DNA from: a virus | Lineage: Duplodnaviria; Caudoviricetes | DNA: 61,028 nucleotides | Strand: one strand, 5' to 3' | Virus record (IMG/VR): IMGVR_UViG_3300036774_000039 | Coordinates: 1 to 61,028 of that record | Made by a program: the position numbers and the translations under genes | Notes under the pieces: model-generated | What the model saw: the letters and a program-made list of their open reading frames with translations, nothing else | What the model was told of the DNA's origin: nothing | The model's database searches: none | Shown here: one piece after another, positions 55,403-61,028 of the stretch | How the letters are laid out: each line of letters begins with the position of its first letter | Numbering within the stretch: position 1 is the stretch's first letter

Positions 55403-55496
55403 TCAGAGGTCGGGGTTTCCGGTAAGGGACGGATACGAGCGGGGGGGACAAGGATTCCGTCTACCCACTGATTTTTCACCAACAACAAAGGAGACT

Positions 55497-56162
55497 ATGG
55501 ACTCATACATCGACCCAGAAGTCGATGCGGTAGACCTTGGACATATCACGGTCCCGCCATTCGGCATCTCAATGGACGGTAATCAGACCTGTATGCTACG
55601 TGCAGCGAAGATCGCCATTGATACCCTGAGCAAGGGCGACGATTTCATCTACGTGGAATTCGGCATCGCCCGAGGAGATACGCTCAATGCGATGGGGAAG
55701 TCAATCCTCCAACTAGGCGTCCTCAAAGAGCGCCTGTATGTTGTGGGGGTCGACATCGAGAACGGGTGGTCGCTGGACCGGGAATGGCTGGGGGGATACA
55801 GTAAGACGTGGACATTCAGGCACGAATTCTCGTTTCTGGGGTCGGTGCCCTGGATGAAACTCTACAAGGGGAAGATCGACTATCTCCTGATTGACGGATG
55901 TCACGAAAAGACGTGCGCGATGGAGGATTTTACGACAGCAGAGCCACTTGTCCGGGTTGGAGGGGTCATCGCATTCCACGATTCCGATGACATCTCGCAG
56001 TCGATTCAGCCCCAGCCTCACCGGGGAGAACCGATCGCGGTGAGAGATGCCATGCGGGAACTCGGCCTCCTCGATAACGCGAGGCCGGGGTGGAAGAAAC
56101 TGGCTGACATTGAAGCCCTGCCCGGAAATCACGGAGTCGCAATTTTCAAGAAGGTGGCCTGA
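55497..56162 (+). CDS. Class I SAM-dependent methyltransferase (Methyltransf_24-like)
   Basis: YVEFGIARG, VGVD, IDYLLIDGCH and GGVIAFHD. Confidence 0.8.
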   Translation: MDSYIDPEVDAVDLGHITVPPFGISMDGNQTCMLRAAKIAIDTLSKGDDFIYVEFGIARGDTLNAMGKSILQLGVLKERLYVVGVDIENGWSLDREWLGGYSKTWTFRHEFSFLGSVPWMKLYKGKIDYLLIDGCHEKTCAMEDFTTAEPLVRVGGVIAFHDSDDISQSIQPQPHRGEPIAVRDAMRELGLLDNARPGWKKLADIEALPGNHGVAIFKKVA

Positions 56163-57634
56163 TGACCATGTATCTTCCTCCTGCAGTAGTCGAGGCGCTG
56201 AAAGAGGCGCAGAAGAACGAGACAACGAATATGGGGTACGCCGCGAAGAAGTACGAGGAAGTGATCGCGGTCGTGCCAGACTATCTCCCGGCGCTCGTCA
56301 ACATCGGGTGCATCAATCACGGTATGGGAAACCTCGAGAAGGCGGCCGAGTGGTTCGAGAAGGCCCTTGCGGTCGACGAGAACGACATCCTCTCTCTCAT
56401 CAATATCGGCGTCATCAAACAGGCCCAGAAGAAATTTGAGGAGGCGATTTCTTATTGCGAACTCGTCCTTCGTCTGGAAAAAAACAATGTGATGATCCGG
56501 TCCTCCGCACTCTTCACGATCGGCACCGCTCTCGAGGAGTCAGGAAACAGGAAGGGCGCGATGAGGAAGTACAAGGAGGCCCTCGAGATCGTCCCCACGT
56601 ACAACCGGATTTACAATAACATCGGATCGCTCTATATGACTCAGGGACGGGTCGACGAGGGGATACCGATGTTCGACCTCTGTCTCCAGGCAGAACCGGA
56701 GAACCTCGAGGCCCGGATCAACCGGGGACTGGCCCTGATGACGCTCGGGCGCTACAAAGAAGGGATGGCTGACTACGAGTGGCGTCTGGTCTCTAAGGAC
56801 TCGACGGTCGGACAGTACATGCGCTCGATCGGCGTCCCGAAGTGGAGAGGGGAGAGCCTCAAAGACAAGACGATCCTTGTGCATTGTGAGCAGGGGATCG
56901 GCGACACGATATTCTCCATGCGCTATATCCGTCAACTGCAGGAGCGCGGAGCCCGAGTGACATTCGCGGCCCAGAAGGAAATCCAGCGCCTCGCCGAGCA
57001 GATGCCGGACGTCAAGGTCGTTTCCTGGCACCAGAAGACCGGATTTGTGGACTACCAGTTATCGCTCCTCAGTATCCCGCACGTCACACAACAGCCGATC
57101 ACCGACGATAAGCCCTACCTGACGATCTCCGACGACCTGGTGAAGGAATGGGCAGAACGTCTGGGCCCGAAGACGAAGCCGAGAATCGCACTCGTCTGGG
57201 CGGGAAATCCGAAATTCAAACACGAAAAGTCTCGAGGCGGGAAACTCGAGGACTTTATACCCATCTTCAGTCAACCGGGATTTGAGTTTTTCTCCGTTCA
57301 GAAAGGCATTGCAGCGTACCAGACCGAGCGCTTCCCCCAGGTCACGCCTCTGCATCCCGAGATACGGGACTACGCCGATACAGGAGCGATCCTGAAGAAC
57401 ATGGATCTCCTCATCAGTACCGATACCTCAGTCCCGCACCTTGCCGGCGCGATCGGCGTCCCGGTGAAACTCCTCGTTCAATTCTCTCCCGAGTGGCGTC
57501 TCTATGGGACGCACACGAACAGCACATGGTACGAGAAGACGAAATTCTACCGACAGGAGAAGCCGGGATCGTGGAGCGACGTGGTTGAGAAGATAGCCGA
57601 AGAATTGAAGATGGCTGAGACGGTGGAGGCTTAA
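56162..57634 (+). CDS. TPR-repeat GT-B glycosyltransferase (GT9-like C-terminus)
   Basis: N-terminal TPRs; YEWR, EQGIGDTI, VWAGNP and DLLISTDTSVPHLAGAIG. Confidence 0.85.
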   Translation: MTMYLPPAVVEALKEAQKNETTNMGYAAKKYEEVIAVVPDYLPALVNIGCINHGMGNLEKAAEWFEKALAVDENDILSLINIGVIKQAQKKFEEAISYCELVLRLEKNNVMIRSSALFTIGTALEESGNRKGAMRKYKEALEIVPTYNRIYNNIGSLYMTQGRVDEGIPMFDLCLQAEPENLEARINRGLALMTLGRYKEGMADYEWRLVSKDSTVGQYMRSIGVPKWRGESLKDKTILVHCEQGIGDTIFSMRYIRQLQERGARVTFAAQKEIQRLAEQMPDVKVVSWHQKTGFVDYQLSLLSIPHVTQQPITDDKPYLTISDDLVKEWAERLGPKTKPRIALVWAGNPKFKHEKSRGGKLEDFIPIFSQPGFEFFSVQKGIAAYQTERFPQVTPLHPEIRDYADTGAILKNMDLLISTDTSVPHLAGAIGVPVKLLVQFSPEWRLYGTHTNSTWYEKTKFYRQEKPGSWSDVVEKIAEELKMAETVEA

Positions 57635-58093
57635 ATGGCTGGAAGACAATATGCGGTAGCGGGAACTGGCGCGAATAACCAACCCGCTGATGTGGCTAAT
57701 CTCATGGCCCAGAGTGGGTATACTATCCGGTTAAGTGGTATTGAGATTGGATTTACCAATGTAAGTACCCCCTGGACAATTCCGGGGGCAAAATATATCC
57801 TACGGTTAACTTCAGGAGGTGGGACGTTCCCCAATCAGACATTTGGAGTGTGGACTGACGGAGAATTACCTACAACATCCGCTTCCTATCTATTGTGGGG
57901 GTCAAACAGCGTTGCTCCTAGCGTGCAAGGGATTCTACTTTACCTTCCTATATACTATAAGGGGACGGTATCGTGGTACGCAAAAAGAGGGAAAGAATTC
58001 CGACAGCAAAATAGCAACGGGTTCGATCTCCAGTATTACTATAACGGGGGGGCTCTGTTTAACTTTGACTTCTCTTTTCAGTTTGAGGAATAA
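57635..58093 (+). CDS. Virion protein, [FY]EE-terminal paralog 2
   Basis: SWYAKRGKEF...FQFEE. Confidence 0.65.
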   Translation: MAGRQYAVAGTGANNQPADVANLMAQSGYTIRLSGIEIGFTNVSTPWTIPGAKYILRLTSGGGTFPNQTFGVWTDGELPTTSASYLLWGSNSVAPSVQGILLYLPIYYKGTVSWYAKRGKEFRQQNSNGFDLQYYYNGGALFNFDFSFQFEE

Positions 58094-58561
58094 ATGGGAC
58101 AGGGTGGGTCTTTAGGCTCTAAATATGCCATTAGTGCAAATTCCGGCAATAGCGGGGTGAATGAGAAGTTTGGATTATTTAACAACGGGGTTGCTCATAA
58201 TCTTAAACTCTACCAGATGCACATGGATGGGTATGCCCCAAATCCGATTCCCGGTGGTAACTTTGGTTGGACATTAAAGTGGGGGACTGGCGGCACTCCC
58301 CTCGGTACGATTACTCCAGTCCCCCTTGATCCTATTTTTCCCCCCGCGTTAGCGATTGGAGTCCAAAATACATGGTCTCTCGATCCCTCGGGCACATATA
58401 CAATTCTTAGGATCGCGGGACAATCGCCTAGAAAGCCGTGGAACTGGAGTGCTAGGCCGGGGAAAGAGATACAGATATACGGTGCGAGTGATAGTTTAGT
58501 AGTATATCAGGATACCGCATATGGGTTTAATCCGATCTTCACTTGGTTTTTTGAGGAATAA
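58094..58561 (+). CDS. Virion protein, [FY]EE-terminal paralog 3
   Basis: NWSARPGKEI...WFFEE. Confidence 0.65.
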   Translation: MGQGGSLGSKYAISANSGNSGVNEKFGLFNNGVAHNLKLYQMHMDGYAPNPIPGGNFGWTLKWGTGGTPLGTITPVPLDPIFPPALAIGVQNTWSLDPSGTYTILRIAGQSPRKPWNWSARPGKEIQIYGASDSLVVYQDTAYGFNPIFTWFFEE

Positions 58562-58562
58562 C

Positions 58563-58892
58563 ATGGGACTTATCCTTAAACCTGAAGAGGACCTGAAGAA
58601 CGCCATGTTTGAGCGTCATGCTCACGGGGCGTTCATCGTCGATGGGATTGAGCTAGGGAATACCCTCCAGTGTCCTCACTGCAACGCGCACTTCCTCAGT
58701 ATCCGTGGGTCGAAGAAAAGGAGAGCATTCTGTCAGAGGTGTGGTGCTGTCACTTGCGGGAAAGAGACTTGTGATGTCTGCATACCCTTTGAACAGAGAA
58801 TAGACCTCTGCGAGAAGATTCCCGGATTAGAGATTGATACTGTGCCACGATACCTTTTCCTTCATCCTGAAATCAAAATCTTCGTCAAATAG
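58563..58892 (+). CDS. Cys-rich zinc-binding protein
   Basis: TLQCPHC...FCQRC...CG...C..CIPFE. Confidence 0.7.
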   Translation: MGLILKPEEDLKNAMFERHAHGAFIVDGIELGNTLQCPHCNAHFLSIRGSKKRRAFCQRCGAVTCGKETCDVCIPFEQRIDLCEKIPGLEIDTVPRYLFLHPEIKIFVK

Positions 58893-58900
58893 GAGGAGTT

Positions 58901-59602
58901 ATGAAATTCTCGCCTGATGATATTGCAAAGAAGGAACTGGAGTGCGGAGTCTTTGGCCCGTTCTGTCAGCAAAAATGGTTGAGTAGGGCTCCCGATCATG
59001 TGAAGAGAGAGCTTGAAAAGGGAAGAAGGTTTAAGAATATCAGGGCCATGTCCCGCCAGGGGTTTCTCGGGATGGACGTCAACGACCTCCCTCCGGCATC
59101 CTTCACGGCGGTCACGGCTTCGGCGACGGAGACGAACCTCTGGACACCGAACATCTGGACCCCCATTCCCGCCAATGATATGAGGGCGGGGAAAATATAC
59201 CTCCTGCGCTTCGGTGGCATCTTCACGTCGACGGGTACACAGGGTGTCCTTACGTGGACGCTCCGTTGTGGTCAGTCAGCAACTCCCGCATCGAACGTCT
59301 CCCTGGGAGCATCGAACGCTACAGCACCCCCGGCTTCTCTCACCAATGCCCCGTTCTTTGGAGAGGCATTCATGGGGATTCGCTCTCTGGGGATCGCCGC
59401 TTCGGGAGCGACAGCCGTTGGGCATATGACTGTTAATATCCAGGGTGCCGCTGCGGCAACATCGGTCGACTATATCGCCGGTGGTTCGGTTCCTACAACG
59501 ATTGATAATACTGCGGCAACCGGGCTGATTGCTTCTCTTACGATCAGCGTTGCGTCGCAGTCCTATCAGTGCCAGTGGTGTGCAATTATGAGCCTCAACT
59601 GA
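58901..59602 (+). CDS. Putative virion beta protein
   Basis: AGGAGGAG RBS; IPANDMRAGK; Ala/Thr-rich. Confidence 0.65.
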   Translation: MKFSPDDIAKKELECGVFGPFCQQKWLSRAPDHVKRELEKGRRFKNIRAMSRQGFLGMDVNDLPPASFTAVTASATETNLWTPNIWTPIPANDMRAGKIYLLRFGGIFTSTGTQGVLTWTLRCGQSATPASNVSLGASNATAPPASLTNAPFFGEAFMGIRSLGIAASGATAVGHMTVNIQGAAAATSVDYIAGGSVPTTIDNTAATGLIASLTISVASQSYQCQWCAIMSLN

Positions 59603-60936
59603 TGCTCCGTCACCAGTACGGTAAAAGCCTCGTCATCGCAAATAGCGCTTCAGGTATATCCACAAGCGTTATCTGTCCGAACAAGCTCAACATGGGAATG
59701 CTTGTTGCGGTGGGGAGTTCTCCGTCGAGTGTAACCTATAGCGCTATGTCGTATGGCGGGGCAAACCTTACCCTTGTGACAAGCTCTAGTGTGACCAATG
59801 CGAACGGGGCCACCGTAAAGGTTGGATGGTACGGTCTTCAGAATCCAGCACCGGGGTCGAATACCTTCATCCTCACGCCCTCGACTACGGTGGATCTCGT
59901 CTGTCAGATTATATTCGTTGACAATCTCATAGGCACAAGTCCGTTTACCAACGCCACGACGAGTACGGGGAATACGAATACCCCCACCATGAATCCGGCT
60001 GGGACAGACAACGTGGAAGACTACATCTATGACTGTCTCACGTTTCTTACCCCGACCGCCGTTTTGTCAAACGATGGTACAGCACAACAACCTCAGTCGT
60101 GGCTCTCGTCATATATGTCTCGGGCGGGTGGCCCGATATGCCTCAATACCTCGGTTGGGAAGAGTAATAGTAGCGGTACTCTTAACTGGACACTCGACGG
60201 TTCTGCCCATCAGTATGCCTGGAGTTCAGTCTGTGTCTCTGGACTCAAAGGCAACACCCAGATTTACGACATCACGTTCGATAATACAACGGATGCGAAT
60301 AGCGCCTGTGATGCTTCTGTCTTTAACTTCGATGCGTACAACGCCGGGGATGTATGCACGATCAATACGGGAACCACGTTCAACGGGCACCCTAGCGCTG
60401 AAGTAACAATGACTACATCGGGCAATCCTAACCCGCCCAACATAGCGAGAGAGTGGTTCAACGTACCGCAGATATATACATCGGTCTGGGTGATGTTCTC
60501 AGCCTTCCCTCCAACGAATGCTCAGAATTTCATCTGGCAAGCAACGTATTCTGACAACGGTGACATCGAGATCAACATAAACCCGAATGGCACAATGCTT
60601 TTCCGGGTGAATTATTCAACTCAACTTACCACAACATTCGCCGCTTCGCTGAATAAGTGGTTTAAGGTTTCTCTCTTCCATCGGGTAAGCGGCCTCAGTT
60701 CGATCTACGAATTTAAGATCAACGATGGACAGGAAGTACATACGAACACTTCGTATACTGCCGACACTACGAACATCAATCTGGTGCAGTGGGGGCTCGA
60801 TAATAACGACGCTAATTGTCATGTGTTTTTCGCTCAGGCAAAAGCAGATGTAAGTCGCTATCCGTACGATGGCCCCTATCAGGAGGACACCAAAGGGCCG
60901 TATACCCGCCCCGCACCGTTCAAACCCATGAGGTAG
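59602..60936 (+). CDS. Putative receptor-binding or fibre protein with lectin-like C-terminal domain
   Basis: Ser/Thr/Asn-rich beta strands; LamG-like LNKWFKVSL...EFKIND. Confidence 0.55.
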   Translation: MLRHQYGKSLVIANSASGISTSVICPNKLNMGMLVAVGSSPSSVTYSAMSYGGANLTLVTSSSVTNANGATVKVGWYGLQNPAPGSNTFILTPSTTVDLVCQIIFVDNLIGTSPFTNATTSTGNTNTPTMNPAGTDNVEDYIYDCLTFLTPTAVLSNDGTAQQPQSWLSSYMSRAGGPICLNTSVGKSNSSGTLNWTLDGSAHQYAWSSVCVSGLKGNTQIYDITFDNTTDANSACDASVFNFDAYNAGDVCTINTGTTFNGHPSAEVTMTTSGNPNPPNIAREWFNVPQIYTSVWVMFSAFPPTNAQNFIWQATYSDNGDIEININPNGTMLFRVNYSTQLTTTFAASLNKWFKVSLFHRVSGLSSIYEFKINDGQEVHTNTSYTADTTNINLVQWGLDNNDANCHVFFAQAKADVSRYPYDGPYQEDTKGPYTRPAPFKPMR

Positions 60937-61028
60937 TGCCATGGCTTCGGCTCCAGCACTACGAGTACCAGTACAGGTTTTAATCCCCCCGGCGACTCCA
61001 GCCCCGACCCAGACTATCTGGACGGAGA
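60906..61028. repeat. Terminal direct repeat, copy 2
   Basis: Identical to 1-123. Confidence 0.95.

Noticed and set aside
54728-55496. HNH gene as part of a self-splicing intron
   Set aside because: Both flanking genes look complete, with their own start, RBS and stop, so it is treated as free-standing.
60906-61028. 123-bp repeat as a biological terminal repeat
   Set aside because: It spans a gene end and a gene start within the late operon, which fits an assembler circularisation overlap better.
1-61028. Stop-codon reassignment
   Set aside because: Genes tile densely under the standard code, and TAA, TAG and TGA all end well-supported genes.

Overview
The window is an apparently complete, circularly closed dsDNA tailed-phage genome of about 60.9 kb. 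Bases 1-123 are repeated exactly at 60906-61028. The gene order is podovirus-like: TerL, portal, scaffold, major capsid protein, adaptors, nozzle, three ejection-type proteins, and no tape measure or sheath recognised. A rightward early/replication arm (2.6-19.6 kb) carries an exonuclease, a Gp3-like recombination protein, a replication initiator, a C5 DNA methyltransferase, a pentapeptide protein and many small accessory ORFs. A single leftward operon of small genes spans 19.7-23.2 kb. Packaging, lysis and virion genes run from 23.4 kb through the origin to 2.4 kb and include a PurD-like ATP-grasp enzyme, a SAM methyltransferase and a TPR-glycosyltransferase. The most notable signals are not in the ORF track. 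(1) The leftward operon is punctuated by RNA elements: two complete type II hammerhead ribozymes bracket one small gene, a tRNA-like minihelix lies between two other genes, and the first gene is interrupted at GGGAAAG. (2) The methyltransferase locus uses all three forward frames: an alpha subunit, a nested HNH endonuclease with its own RBS, and a nested motif-IX beta subunit. (3) A c4/CI-like antisense RNA lies upstream of the replication initiator. No integrase, DNA polymerase, reverse transcriptase, CRISPR array or full tRNA was recognised. All protein calls are by-eye motif and context recognition; no database search was run.
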